A stretch of DNA of 64,000 bases from an uncultured Patescibacteria group bacterium (GTDB lineage: Bacteria > Patescibacteriota > Microgenomatia > UBA1400 > PJMF01). Positions 38,595-49,086 of the stretch are shown piece after piece. The notes beneath the pieces were generated by a model. It saw nothing but the letters and a program-made list of their open reading frames with translations, did no database searches and was not told the DNA's origin. The stretch is taken from NCBI GenBank assembly GCA_905478415.1, contig CAJQIG010000004.1, positions 203,523 to 267,522 of the forward strand, in the 5' to 3' direction. Each line of letters opens with the position of its first letter. Position 1 is the first letter of the stretch. Both the position numbers and the translations under genes were made by a program.

Positions 38595-39302
38595 TTAAAA
38601 AAACTTTTCATGATGGATGTGTTCTGGAGCTATCCCTTTATCTGTAAGCAATGTTACCACCGTTTCGATCATTGGTTTGCCACCACATAAATAGTACCCC
38701 GCATTTGGTACTAATTCGTGAGTACTTAAACAATCAGTCACGCGCCCTCTGCAAAGTGTCCAACCATCAACAGCTCTCGAAATGACGGGATGAAAATGAA
38801 AATTAGGAAAACGTTCAACTAAATCTTGGAACTCATTCTCCCAAAATAGTGAGTCAACATAGCGAAGTCCCCAATGCAAAGTAATCGGTCTTTTTTCTTG
38901 TTTTACTTGAAGTAAATCAAAGATTATCGATCTAAGTGGAGCAATACCAGAACCTGTCCCCACCAGAACAATCGCTTCTTCAGTTGGATCATCTTCAATC
39001 ACAAATGTTCCTAGTGGTGCCAATACTGAAACTTCTGTACCTAAGGGAATTGACTGCAAAAATTGCACCCCAACTCCAGCTGGGCTGACATCAATTGCTA
39101 ACTCAAATCCATGATCTATGTCGGGCCGACTTGCAATCGAGTAACTTCGACGAGTACCTGCTTCATCAACTTGAATCGAAACATATTGTCCAGCTTTAAA
39201 TTCTAGGGTACTTGGTTCAACCAACTCAAAGGTAACCAACATAAATTTTTCGTTATACATGATCCGCTCTTCAAGCTTGGCGGTACATTGTTGTGGTGGC
39301 AT
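38595..39302 (-). CDS. FAD/NAD(P)-binding ferredoxin reductase-like oxidoreductase
   Basis: FKAGQY, RSYSIAS, GTGSGIAP, YLCG, HHEKF. Confidence 0.92.
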   Translation of the reverse strand: MPPQQCTAKLEERIMYNEKFMLVTFELVEPSTLEFKAGQYVSIQVDEAGTRRSYSIASRPDIDHGFELAIDVSPAGVGVQFLQSIPLGTEVSVLAPLGTFVIEDDPTEEAIVLVGTGSGIAPLRSIIFDLLQVKQEKRPITLHWGLRYVDSLFWENEFQDLVERFPNFHFHPVISRAVDGWTLCRGRVTDCLSTHELVPNAGYYLCGGKPMIETVVTLLTDKGIAPEHIHHEKFF

Positions 39303-39320
39303 ATATCTTTCTAGGTTGTG

Positions 39321-39896
39321 TTAGTTTTCTTCCTGGTTGCTCAGTCCATCTTGCCAATTTCGACCATACCACACTCCGAGTGCCATTTTTGCTATTCCAG
39401 AATATTCTTCGGTCCTATCGACAAACCCATTCGTTAAAACCCCAATAAATCCTTGTTTCCTTCTGACATCACGGTGACCTGTTATTTGAGCCACAACTGG
39501 ACCCATCTCCTCACCATTTCTAATTTTAGTAGCTACAACTTCTGGAACAACAAAACGGGCTCCATTTGCCTCAGCGATGTTGCCATCTCGGTCAGCAACT
39601 ACTACCCAAACAGTTGACCACATTTGGCCAAACATCTCAGTCACTCCACCTTCGAGTCCGACTCCTAAAACTTCTTCATCTTCGAGAGCATCACCGAACT
39701 CTGCCAAGCCATCCTCTAACGCCGCCTTTGCGCGATTCAAGGCACCCTGCTTAGTCATCTCGTCACCCAATGGCTGTTCGTTCACACCACTGGGAACATC
39801 AAAACCTTTCACGGTAGCTGCTGACCAAGTGTCACTGGCCGCCACCGTCACGGCATTAATTTTAACTGGATTATGTGAGCCTACAAAGATATGCAT
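39321..39896 (-). CDS. yjjX: Inosine/xanthosine triphosphatase (DUF84)
   Basis: GSHNPVK, SGVNEQP, GALNRA, GLEGG, GFIGVLT. Confidence 0.88.
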   Translation of the reverse strand: MHIFVGSHNPVKINAVTVAASDTWSAATVKGFDVPSGVNEQPLGDEMTKQGALNRAKAALEDGLAEFGDALEDEEVLGVGLEGGVTEMFGQMWSTVWVVVADRDGNIAEANGARFVVPEVVATKIRNGEEMGPVVAQITGHRDVRRKQGFIGVLTNGFVDRTEEYSGIAKMALGVWYGRNWQDGLSNQEEN

Positions 39897-39953
39897 GGTA
39901 CTGCCTTTTGTATCATAGGTACTGTCTTGAGATCAATGAGTGTAATGAGTAAA

Positions 39954-40586
39954 TTATTCATCTAGTAATTGGAGAAGTTCTTCGTAAGTATCAAGACTTT
40001 CAGCAATCTGGGCCATTTCTTGTTCTAAAAGCAGCAAGTTTTCCCCTCTAAACCGCCATTCATCTGAATCAGGAATTTTTCTCCAAGATCCGTCCTTATG
40101 TTCTTCGTAAGAAATTCCAGACTGCTCAGAATCAACTAAAATGCAATCTATTTCTGATGAAGGCCTACTCATGTTAATTCGAACTGAGTCCTCAGTACCA
40201 TTCGATTTTAGAGTTATTCGAATAGTTGCATTGGTAAAATTTTGGCTCGTACTGTTTTCATCAATCTGACCTTCTCTTTCAAAAAAATCTAAATTTTTTC
40301 CACTCATTCCTGCAGTACCAATAATTTCTTTAGCTCGGGTCATTATTGACTTTACTCTTGCCTCAACTGCTGTTATTTTTTCTTGTTCTGCTGCTGCTTC
40401 AGCCTCCTCAGCCATTTTTTTTTCTGCAGCTTCTACATCCTTAGCAACTTGTGCAGCTTTATTCTTTGCTTCAAAATCATTTGCTTCCATCACAGCTCTC
40501 AGCTTATCCGCCAACTGCGTAATTGATAATTTTTCTTCTTTTAGCGTGAGTGTTTCTAACTCAGGATACTTTTTTTGCTCGTTCAT
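39954..40586 (-). CDS. Hypothetical protein (acidic, coiled coil)
   Basis: 210-aa ORF with ATGA overlap with the sufU stop. Confidence 0.65.
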   Translation of the reverse strand: MNEQKKYPELETLTLKEEKLSITQLADKLRAVMEANDFEAKNKAAQVAKDVEAAEKKMAEEAEAAAEQEKITAVEARVKSIMTRAKEIIGTAGMSGKNLDFFEREGQIDENSTSQNFTNATIRITLKSNGTEDSVRINMSRPSSEIDCILVDSEQSGISYEEHKDGSWRKIPDSDEWRFRGENLLLLEQEMAQIAESLDTYEELLQLLDE

Positions 40587-40960
40587 GCAACTTCCTCAAT
40601 AGCTTTACAAATACTTCCAAGACCCAGCATACTACATTTTATGCGTCCTGGCGAAATGGTATCGAAGTGTAAAAGTCCAAGAACATCGGCTAAACCAAGT
40701 TTTTGTATCTGTGACAATGTTTTACCTTTAACCGCTTCTGAAACAACACTCATGGCAGCTTGTGAAATAATGCAACCATCACCTTGCCAAGCAATTTCGG
40801 TTACTTTTTCTTCTGAATCAAGTTTGAGTTGGACCGTAATTTTGTCACCACACGAGGCATTGTATCCCTGGAACTCAAAATCGGGGTCTGTTAGCGTTCC
40901 ATAATTTTGAGGATTTTCGGCTGCTTCCAAGAGCACCTCTTGGTAGAGATCTTCAGTCAT
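40583..40960 (-). CDS. sufU: Fe-S scaffold/sulfur transfer protein SufU
   Basis: NASCGD, GCIISQA, RIKC. Confidence 0.9.
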   Translation of the reverse strand: MTEDLYQEVLLEAAENPQNYGTLTDPDFEFQGYNASCGDKITVQLKLDSEEKVTEIAWQGDGCIISQAAMSVVSEAVKGKTLSQIQKLGLADVLGLLHFDTISPGRIKCSMLGLGSICKAIEEVA

Positions 40961-40968
40961 AATAGTGT

Positions 40969-42192
40969 TTACTTGCCAAATACTTGGCTAACTTTTTCAA
41001 ATCCAGTAATAAGTGTATCAACATCTGCTTTCGTATTATAGATCGCAAAACTCACTCGTGTAGTTGCAATCCAATCGTGAGCTAGATGCAGTGGCATAGT
41101 ACAGTGATGACCAGAGCGAACTGCAATACCTTGACTATCTAAAACCTGTGCCACATCGTGGGCATGGACGCCAGCATATAAAAACGAAACAGAACCAACC
41201 CTATTTGTAAGAGGACCCAAAATTTCTACGCTTGGAATCTGGGCCAACTTCTCGAGTGCATACGCAACTAATGTAGCCTCATGTTGGGCAACAGTTTCCA
41301 TACCAATGTTTGTAAGATACTCGCAAGCAGCAGCTAGTCCAACTGCACTGGCTACATCTGGAGTTCCAGCGGTAAAACGTTCGACTGGATCATCATGAAA
41401 CAGCGTATGATCTGCATGTACTTCGGCAATCATACCGCCTCCAAAAAGCCATGGATGCATCTCGTTTTTATCAAGTAACTCTTGACGAACTAACAAACCG
41501 CCACTGCCCATTGGGCCATACAGTTTGTGCCCGCTAAATGCAAAGAAATCAACTCCCAGTTTTGTAAAATCTACTAGCATATGTGCAACTGCTTGAGCCC
41601 CATCGAGTAACACTCGAGCGCCAACGTTCCGAGCTACCGAGACAACCCTTTGAACATCGAGCACCGTTCCCAATGCATTTGAAACATAAGTAAATGCCAT
41701 CAGCTTTACCTTTTGCGTATGAGACTCTAACCATTCATAATCCAACTCCCCATTTGCGTTCACTGGAACTACTTTCAGCTCAGCCCCGGTCATCTTGCAA
41801 ACCTGCTGCCAAACCACAAAATTAGAGTGATGCTCTAACTGAGAAGTTACAACTACATCACCTTTTGTAAGATTGTGAAGTGCCCAACCATACAGCACAC
41901 CATTGATGGCCTCAGTAGTATTTCTAGTAAGAATTAATTCTTGATTTTTGGCTCCTAAAAAATGAGTAATGGTGTTGCGAGCTTCCTCTAATGCAAGAGT
42001 ACTCTTGTCACTCAAAGAGTGAACACCACGATGCACATTAGCGTTTGACTGCTTATAGTAGTTTGCTATTGCATCAATAACTACATTGGGTTTTTGAGTA
42101 GTAGCAGCGTTATCCAAATAGACAAGTGGTTTACCATGGACTGAAGTTCCCAGTACTGGAAAATCATCTCTGCTGTTTTGTTGAAAAGACAT
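40969..42192 (-). CDS. sufS: Cysteine desulfurase SufS
   Basis: YLDNAATTQKP, FSGHKLYGP, RSGHHC. Confidence 0.96.
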   Translation of the reverse strand: MSFQQNSRDDFPVLGTSVHGKPLVYLDNAATTQKPNVVIDAIANYYKQSNANVHRGVHSLSDKSTLALEEARNTITHFLGAKNQELILTRNTTEAINGVLYGWALHNLTKGDVVVTSQLEHHSNFVVWQQVCKMTGAELKVVPVNANGELDYEWLESHTQKVKLMAFTYVSNALGTVLDVQRVVSVARNVGARVLLDGAQAVAHMLVDFTKLGVDFFAFSGHKLYGPMGSGGLLVRQELLDKNEMHPWLFGGGMIAEVHADHTLFHDDPVERFTAGTPDVASAVGLAAACEYLTNIGMETVAQHEATLVAYALEKLAQIPSVEILGPLTNRVGSVSFLYAGVHAHDVAQVLDSQGIAVRSGHHCTMPLHLAHDWIATTRVSFAIYNTKADVDTLITGFEKVSQVFGK

Positions 42193-42310
42193 AGCTGTAT
42201 TGTAACATTCTTCTAAATAACTGATTTCTTGCTTTTACTCACTACTTCTGTATAATTCGGACCATAACAGTATTCTAAACTCCCCTGCCCAAACCGAGTG
42301 AAAGGTTTGT

Positions 42311-43021
42311 ATGTCCAACTACCATAAAGAACAACTTTTAGGACGTGTCCATGATCCAGAAAAAGTAGCCTTTATTAATACCCTTAACGACGACGAACTC
42401 AATGCCTTAGCTGGAATGTACACAACAGCTAGCTCCGAACTCATAGAAAATCACCCCCAAGCAGAACTCATGCATGCTATTCGCGTCATTTACTACCGAC
42501 AAGTTATTGATTGGGCAAGTGAAAAAGCAGATGAAACCCAAGCAGAGATTATCAAATTTATTGATTCACCAACATTTGTCCAATACCCAGATTTCCTCTT
42601 AGAGGACTCCTTTGTTTCAGCAATTAAAAACGAAATGATGCAAAATCACTCAAAAACCATCACCGACCTTCAAGGAAGTACGTTCTCAAAAGGGCCTGAG
42701 CTCGAAATTTTGGGAGCCAGACTAGTAGGTGATGCACCAAACCAGCGAGTTGAAATTCTTATGCTCTCCAATCAAATTAAACCATTCCCTGGTACTAATG
42801 AGTACATGATCTTTGAACAAGATCGTATGGATATTCCTCCCAAAGCACTTACTGGTTTACTAAAAAGAAACCCTACTGCCAGAACTCGTGGAAGAGGCAA
42901 TGAAGTATATATTTCTATGGAATCACCATATCCAGGACACTATGGAGAACCACAATATACTGAAGTTGTCATTGGACACTTTGGCGAAGATTCGATCATT
43001 ATCCCTATCGAGGATGTTTAG
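42311..43021 (+). CDS. Hypothetical protein
   Basis: 236-aa ORF with SD AAAGG and upstream TTGCTT-16-TATAAT (42229-42256). Confidence 0.7.
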   Translation: MSNYHKEQLLGRVHDPEKVAFINTLNDDELNALAGMYTTASSELIENHPQAELMHAIRVIYYRQVIDWASEKADETQAEIIKFIDSPTFVQYPDFLLEDSFVSAIKNEMMQNHSKTITDLQGSTFSKGPELEILGARLVGDAPNQRVEILMLSNQIKPFPGTNEYMIFEQDRMDIPPKALTGLLKRNPTARTRGRGNEVYISMESPYPGHYGEPQYTEVVIGHFGEDSIIIPIEDV

Positions 43022-43046
43022 ATCAACAAAAAGTACTACACAGTAC

Positions 43047-43520
43047 TCAATTCAAGACTACAATTGCTGCATTCAAGAGTGAGGCAAAGCTAACCCATGC
43101 AATATAGGGAATAAGCAAATAAAAAGCTAGTTTTGATAGTGGTCGGAATTTTTTCATTGTCAAAACTATAAAAATCCATAAGACAATAATATTTACTAAA
43201 CCTAATAATGGCGACCTGAGTCCAAAAAATGAGAGAGACCAAAGAGTATTTAGTAACAACTGAACAAAGAAGTAGTAACTGGCTACTTGCACCTTTCTCT
43301 TCTTCCAACCCTGGATCCACACGAGAAACCAAGAAACTCCCATTAAAAAATATAATGTTGTCCAAACTGGCCCAAAGAGCCAATTAGGAGGTGAAAAAAA
43401 TGGTTTGTTTAGAAATACATACCAGGAAGAAATTGCCGCTGTGGTAAAAACAGCACCCACTACTCCGGCCAATTCTGACAAGGTAACTGCAAAAAACAAT
43501 TTCGATACTTTTTTTAGCAT
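43047..43520 (-). CDS. tspO: TspO/MBR tryptophan-rich sensory protein
   Basis: WY..LNKP..SPPNWLFGPVWTTLY, LNTLWS, PYIAWVSFA. Confidence 0.95.
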   Translation of the reverse strand: MLKKVSKLFFAVTLSELAGVVGAVFTTAAISSWYVFLNKPFFSPPNWLFGPVWTTLYFLMGVSWFLVWIQGWKKRKVQVASYYFFVQLLLNTLWSLSFFGLRSPLLGLVNIIVLWIFIVLTMKKFRPLSKLAFYLLIPYIAWVSFASLLNAAIVVLN

Positions 43521-43573
43521 ATAGTCAGTATGCAGTATATTGACTTGAAGAACAATGTGATAACATTCATTTT

Positions 43574-44059
43574 TTAGAGTTCCAAAAATCCCTCAACCAC
43601 CATATCTTCAGCCTGCTGGCGAGAAATTCCTCGGCTCTGAAGATAGAATAACTGTTCTTCCGGAATGCGACTAATACTAGCTGCGTGTGAGCACTTCACA
43701 TCATCAGTGAGAATTTCTAGATCGGGAATTGCCTCTGCAGTGGCCTGATCAGAAAGCAAAAGAACTCGCTCCGTTAAAAATGAATTACTATTTCCACATT
43801 CAGGATCAATAATGATTCGACCTACAAAACGGACTGCTGCCTGATCTCGCCCAACACCATGCAGTGTGGTATTTGCCAAGGTATTTGGAGCTTTGTGATG
43901 AATAATAACTTCGACCGAAACTTTATCACTACCTCGCACATCCCAAACGCCAGTAATAGTGACTTCAGCTCCAGGTCCAACAAGTTCAACTACATACTTA
44001 CCTGGATTTTTGAGCGTGATTTCTTTGTGGGTATCTCTTGGAATAGTAACGGTTTTCAT
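43574..44059 (-). CDS. sufD: Truncated SufD (161 aa)
   Basis: IPDLEILTDDVKCSHAA, LFYLQSRGI, VEGFL; directly after sufB. Confidence 0.88.
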   Translation of the reverse strand: MKTVTIPRDTHKEITLKNPGKYVVELVGPGAEVTITGVWDVRGSDKVSVEVIIHHKAPNTLANTTLHGVGRDQAAVRFVGRIIIDPECGNSNSFLTERVLLLSDQATAEAIPDLEILTDDVKCSHAASISRIPEEQLFYLQSRGISRQQAEDMVVEGFLEL

Positions 44060-44060
44060 C

Positions 44061-46619
44061 TTAGCCAATACTCCCTTCCATTTCGTGATCAATCAGGCGA
44101 TTCATCTCGACTGCATATTCCAACGGAAGTTTACGAACTAAATCTTCGATAAAACCATTCACAATCATTTTACGAGCATTTTCTTCGGTAATGCCGCGGC
44201 TCATTAGGTAGAAGAGCTGGTCATCACCAATTTTTGAAACAGTGGCCTCGTGTTGCACTTCGACTTGCGAGTTGAAAATTTTATCGACTGGGTAGGTATC
44301 AGAACGAGAGTGCCCATCTAGAAGTAATGCATCACAAATAACCGTGTTTTTCGAGTGATGTGCATTTGGACCCACACTTACAAGCCCGCGATAACTAGTC
44401 CGTCCGCCATCTTTACTAATCGACTTTGAAATAATAGTTGAGCTTGTATAGGGAGCTAAATGAATTGCTTTTGATCCAGTATCTTGATGTTGTCCTGCAC
44501 CAGCTAGGGCCATCGAGAGCGTTTCACCGCGGGCACCCTTTCCAGCCAAAATAAATCCAGGGTACTTCATGGTTACTTTTGAACCCATGTTAAAGTCCGT
44601 CCAAATCATCTGGGCATCTTGTTCAACGTACGCTCGTTTAGTAACTAAATTAAAAACATTTTTATACCAATTTTGAACTGTGGTGTATTGGCATGTTGCA
44701 CCTTTTTTAACGAAAATTTCAACAACTGCTGAATGGAGCGAACCACTGCTGAAGTTGGGGGCGGTGCAATTGTGAACTGCGACTCCACCTGCAACATAGC
44801 TTTCGTCATCGTTAACACTAAAGTTATACACAGAGATATTATTCACCGTTTCTGACTCGATTTTTCTCACTGGTGCATATAAGTAACCTTTATCAACAAA
44901 ATATGCTGTTGCTCTTTTCTTATTCCAGATTTTTGGCTGAATCGGTTGACCAACAATTTTTCCAAATGGAATCATGTATTCTCCACCGATGACTAGATTG
45001 TACATTGTTAATCTGTTTGTAGACCCTCTGTCTTGACTGTTTAATGAACTAGCCATACCTAAACGAGCTAGTATCATCCTACCCTGGAATGCTAAAGTTT
45101 TTGAGGTAGTGGAAATTCTAAACATTTCTTTAAAGCCATGTTTAGTCTGCCTTCGATAGTAATTTCCATCACCCTTATACCAAGCTGCTACTAATGAAGA
45201 TTGCTTACCATTAGACTCTTGCAGGACCCATTCTGGGATGGTCTTACTGCTTGAATGTGCACCAAACTGCTCAAAAAATCGACATAACCTAACCGAGCTG
45301 ACTACTACGTTTGTTCCATTATTTTTCTCATGGTGTAACTCCCTAACTCTTGTCTCACCAAAAACAGTGAAGAAAAGTTTTTTAACTTCTTCAATGTAAT
45401 CTCTTTCAGAACTATTGAAGGAAAAGTTTAAGTATGAACCAGCACTAATACTTCCTTCAGCCAGATAATATCCAATTAACTTAAATAGGTCTTTATTACA
45501 AGGAATTTCCAACTTTTCTAACTGCCAACCATATCTACCATTTCCCACCGGAACTTCATATAAAAGCGTATCTTGTACCTGTTCTGTTTGATCTATTGGG
45601 GTACAGACATAGTCACCTTTTTTTAGGTCTTTAACTGGGAGCCACTCACTCTTCCATTCTTTGTTTCGCTCATTCTTGTATTTTCTTTTGACTACCAAGA
45701 ATGGATGTTCTTCTGTTGCTTGTATCGTTTCTCCGGGCTGTCCTGTAACTGAAACAGTAAATAGTTCTCCCGAATAAGGTCTCACTTGAGTGTGGTATAC
45801 AGATTTATAAGTACCAGTATGAGTAAGTACCTTTGATTCTTTGCTAATATCTTCTATTTCCACTAACCCATCACTGGTTGTAATTTGAGTCCCTGCAGTA
45901 AAACATCCTTCAATATAATGCACACTCGCACCTTCATCTACAATAATGAGTGTCCGCTCAAACTGCCCAGCATTCTCAGCATTAATTCTGAAATACGTTT
46001 GCAGTGGCATTTTTACATCTACTCCTTTGGGCACATACACAAACGAACCCCCACTCCAGGCAGCTGTATTGAGAGCTGAATATTTGTTATCACCACTAGG
46101 AATTATTTTTCCAAAGTATTCTTGTACCAATTCTGGATATTTCTTTAAACCTTCATCCATCGATAAGAAAATCACGCCATCTTTTGCCCAGACATCTTTG
46201 AGTGAACCATACACAACTTCGCTATCGTACTGAGCTTTGACACCAGCTAACACGCCGCGCTCAGCTTCAGGAATACCCAGACGCTCAAAGGTTTCTTTGA
46301 CATCAGCGGGGACATCGTCCCAACTTTTTCCTTCACCTTTGCTCGCTTGTAGGTAATAGTGAATTTTATCGAAATGAATAGCAGATAAGTCAGCTCCCCA
46401 AGGAGGGTTTTTCTTAGCCTCAAACTGTGTAAAGGCTTTGAGGCGAAGTTTCAACATCCAATCTGGCTCTGACTTAAGGTGAGAGATTTCTCGCACCACT
46501 CCTTCAGAAATACCAGGCTTAGTAATGTGGGTATAGTCTGAAGTTGGAAAGGCATACCCATGCTCGTAGGCATCGGTGGCTTCAAAGTCGCTGGTAGTTT
46601 TTTGTGCAAATCGAGCCAT
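44061..46619 (-). CDS. sufB: Fe-S cluster assembly protein SufB, intein-containing
   Basis: AQYDSE, WSGGSF, GQFERTL, HYIEG|intein|CTAP, LHSAVVE, HEATV. Confidence 0.97.
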   Translation of the reverse strand: MARFAQKTTSDFEATDAYEHGYAFPTSDYTHITKPGISEGVVREISHLKSEPDWMLKLRLKAFTQFEAKKNPPWGADLSAIHFDKIHYYLQASKGEGKSWDDVPADVKETFERLGIPEAERGVLAGVKAQYDSEVVYGSLKDVWAKDGVIFLSMDEGLKKYPELVQEYFGKIIPSGDNKYSALNTAAWSGGSFVYVPKGVDVKMPLQTYFRINAENAGQFERTLIIVDEGASVHYIEGCFTAGTQITTSDGLVEIEDISKESKVLTHTGTYKSVYHTQVRPYSGELFTVSVTGQPGETIQATEEHPFLVVKRKYKNERNKEWKSEWLPVKDLKKGDYVCTPIDQTEQVQDTLLYEVPVGNGRYGWQLEKLEIPCNKDLFKLIGYYLAEGSISAGSYLNFSFNSSERDYIEEVKKLFFTVFGETRVRELHHEKNNGTNVVVSSVRLCRFFEQFGAHSSSKTIPEWVLQESNGKQSSLVAAWYKGDGNYYRRQTKHGFKEMFRISTTSKTLAFQGRMILARLGMASSLNSQDRGSTNRLTMYNLVIGGEYMIPFGKIVGQPIQPKIWNKKRATAYFVDKGYLYAPVRKIESETVNNISVYNFSVNDDESYVAGGVAVHNCTAPNFSSGSLHSAVVEIFVKKGATCQYTTVQNWYKNVFNLVTKRAYVEQDAQMIWTDFNMGSKVTMKYPGFILAGKGARGETLSMALAGAGQHQDTGSKAIHLAPYTSSTIISKSISKDGGRTSYRGLVSVGPNAHHSKNTVICDALLLDGHSRSDTYPVDKIFNSQVEVQHEATVSKIGDDQLFYLMSRGITEENARKMIVNGFIEDLVRKLPLEYAVEMNRLIDHEMEGSIG
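44769..45905 (-). mobile_element. Intein (379 aa) with LAGLIDADG homing endonuclease domain
   Basis: Starts CFTAGT; block B ATEEHPF; LIGYYLAEGS and AWYKGDGN; ends VYNFSV...VHN followed by Cys. Confidence 0.95.
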
Positions 46620-46627
46620 TAAAGAGG

Positions 46628-47122
46628 TTACTCCGAAAATTTTTCTTGTGCATTCCGAAGCATTGGCACAATAAAGTTTTTACCGTAATCAAAATCATAG
46701 TCTCGGGCATCGTCGAATGGAACCCACTCAAACGCTGTATGCTCTTCACTGAGTGTCACTTCAGATTCATCAAAATCAAATGGAAGCTCTGCTACCCAAC
46801 CGGTTAAAACCGTAAACACTTCATTATAAAAAGTAGTATCAAAGTACACCATTGCATCACGATTAAAGTGTCCAGGAACAACTGTTATCCCCGTCTCTTC
46901 TTTTATTTCTCTAGAAATATCTGCCTGATGTAAGCTTGTTGTATTTGCCTGCTGAGTGGTTGGCCACTCTGAATTCCCTCCCGGAAGGTCCCACTTTGAA
47001 GGACGACTGGATGCAGTATCATCACGCTGCAACAATAACACTCTCCCTTTATGAACAACAACTGCTTTCTGTAAGAGTTTTACATTTTCAGTTAATTGAT
47101 GAGGGTTTCGAACTTCTGCCAT
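46628..47122 (-). CDS. NUDIX hydrolase
   Basis: WDLPGG...REIKEETG, LSEEH. Confidence 0.9.
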   Translation of the reverse strand: MAEVRNPHQLTENVKLLQKAVVVHKGRVLLLQRDDTASSRPSKWDLPGGNSEWPTTQQANTTSLHQADISREIKEETGITVVPGHFNRDAMVYFDTTFYNEVFTVLTGWVAELPFDFDESEVTLSEEHTAFEWVPFDDARDYDFDYGKNFIVPMLRNAQEKFSE

Positions 47123-47144
47123 ACGTTTCCTTTTGAATCACCGC

Positions 47145-47912
47145 TTACGCTGGTGTGACTTCGTTCCAATCTTTATATCCTTCTGCTTCAAGCTTATCAA
47201 CTAAATCTGGTCCACCACTCTTAACAATCTTACCTCTAACCATCACATGGACAAAATCTGGTTTAAGATACTCAAGAATTCGTTTGTAATGTGTAATAAC
47301 TAAGACACCAGTTTTATGCTTTTTGGTGACTTTTGTAACACCGGCAGCTACTTTTTTAATAGCGTCGATATCAAGACCAGAGTCTGTTTCATCCAACACT
47401 GCATAGGTTGGTTCGAGCACTGCCATCTGTAAAATTTCGAGTTGTTTCTTTTCACCACCACTAAAACCTTCGTTTAAACCACGGGTTAGCAGTTCTGGAG
47501 TAATTTTTAGCTCGGCTGCTAATGATTTGAGATGCTTTCGAAAGTCGATCACTTTTTTGAATTGTTTACTCTCATCTTCAGCAAAGCGAGCCTGATGAGC
47601 TTGACGCAAGAAGTTTTGAACTTTAACTCCAGGGACTTCTACAGGATATTGAAATGCTAAAAATAAACCAAGTTGTGCCCGCTCGTCAGGTGAAAGTTCA
47701 AGCAATGGTGTCCCATTCAAAGTAACTTCCCCACCAATGACTTCATAAGCTGGATGGCCAGCTAAAGTTGCGGCTGTGGTCGATTTTCCAGACCCATTTG
47801 GCCCCATAATAGCATGCACTTCTCCAGGCTTCACTGCTAGTGAAATACCTTTAAGAATGACCGTATCTTCAATTGAAACTTTGAGGTTGGAAATGGTGAG
47901 TTGCTGATTCAT
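47145..47912 (-). CDS. sufC: Fe-S assembly ATPase SufC
   Basis: GPNGSGKST, FQYP, FSGGEKK, LDETDSGLD, ITHY. Confidence 0.97.
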   Translation of the reverse strand: MNQQLTISNLKVSIEDTVILKGISLAVKPGEVHAIMGPNGSGKSTTAATLAGHPAYEVIGGEVTLNGTPLLELSPDERAQLGLFLAFQYPVEVPGVKVQNFLRQAHQARFAEDESKQFKKVIDFRKHLKSLAAELKITPELLTRGLNEGFSGGEKKQLEILQMAVLEPTYAVLDETDSGLDIDAIKKVAAGVTKVTKKHKTGVLVITHYKRILEYLKPDFVHVMVRGKIVKSGGPDLVDKLEAEGYKDWNEVTPA

Positions 47913-47960
47913 ACATCCGTATTATAACGGAAATGATAGTGATGACTAGGGAAGATATCC

Positions 47961-49034
47961 TTATCTATGCACAAAGGTACTAAGGCTTTTTTTACCAGTA
48001 AAAATTGTTACCAATTTTGAAATTATTCTGCTAGCTGGACGATGTTTTTTTTGTTCAGACTCAAATTGAGGAGCTGGTTGCCATTGATTCTGCTCATCTC
48101 TCATTCGCCAGTGCATAGCACTAGTCGGATATTCTCTAGCAGGAACAAATGTTGTACTTCTATCTGATGAGCCTGGATTAATGAATGCAGTAATCTTTGT
48201 ATCTGCAATATATACCAATGTATGCGCATAAATACTACCCTGCCAATCATGCCAGACATGGTGAGCATCAAAGCCCAAACGGTTAAGAATACTGTAAAGA
48301 AACGGTGCTTGATGTCTACAGACTCCAAGAGCATCTGCCTCGATTATTTGAGTAATCTGATTAAATGTATCGGCTGCTCTTCCACGACCAATGTAGTCAT
48401 ACGGCATAACCTCATCAACAACATTAGCAGCAAGCAAAATAAGTGACTGCATCGTCTGCTTCTTTTCACTTAAGGCATGAAATCTTACAGTAATTTCATC
48501 TACTGCCGCGTCTACTGTCTTTGACTGATATTTTTCTGGATCAAGAATTGCAAAGTTATTATGAAAGATATATTGATCCACTTTAGGCAGCGGCAGTGTA
48601 ATATCTGTATCAGAATCAATGGGAGCTACTGCTTCGACTGGCTGAGCGACTAACTCTACATACTTATCTCTCAAACCATACGCACTAGGGACCAAATATT
48701 TATTAAGTACTTTGTGATTGGAGTGATAAGCATTAAAAATACGTTTTTTTACATCCACAGCACGAAAATTAGTATCACTTGCTGATGTTGGGATTGAGTC
48801 AATTAAGGTAATTGCCTGATATAACTGTCGCCAATTTTTTGATCTTTCAACGGCACGAGTATATACGGTATCTTGAAGCTGTTGTTCCTCCTCTTTTTTT
48901 TCATGCCTTTTTGGAGCGACTCTATCAGCTACACCATTGAAAACCCCTCTTATTTTGCTTCTTATTTTGGTAGCAAAAGCAACAAGCCTTTCTTTTTTGC
49001 TCATCCGGTTCTGTGATGATTCTAATTCATGCAT
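47961..49034 (-). CDS. Hypothetical protein with transglutaminase-like Cys-His motif
   Basis: MPYD, LGVCRHQA, AHT, INP. Confidence 0.55.
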   Translation of the reverse strand: MHELESSQNRMSKKERLVAFATKIRSKIRGVFNGVADRVAPKRHEKKEEEQQLQDTVYTRAVERSKNWRQLYQAITLIDSIPTSASDTNFRAVDVKKRIFNAYHSNHKVLNKYLVPSAYGLRDKYVELVAQPVEAVAPIDSDTDITLPLPKVDQYIFHNNFAILDPEKYQSKTVDAAVDEITVRFHALSEKKQTMQSLILLAANVVDEVMPYDYIGRGRAADTFNQITQIIEADALGVCRHQAPFLYSILNRLGFDAHHVWHDWQGSIYAHTLVYIADTKITAFINPGSSDRSTTFVPAREYPTSAMHWRMRDEQNQWQPAPQFESEQKKHRPASRIISKLVTIFTGKKSLSTFVHR

Positions 49035-49086
49035 ATATGAATAATGGTATCACGAGTAGGTACGAAGATGTGTTGAGAGAATTCTT

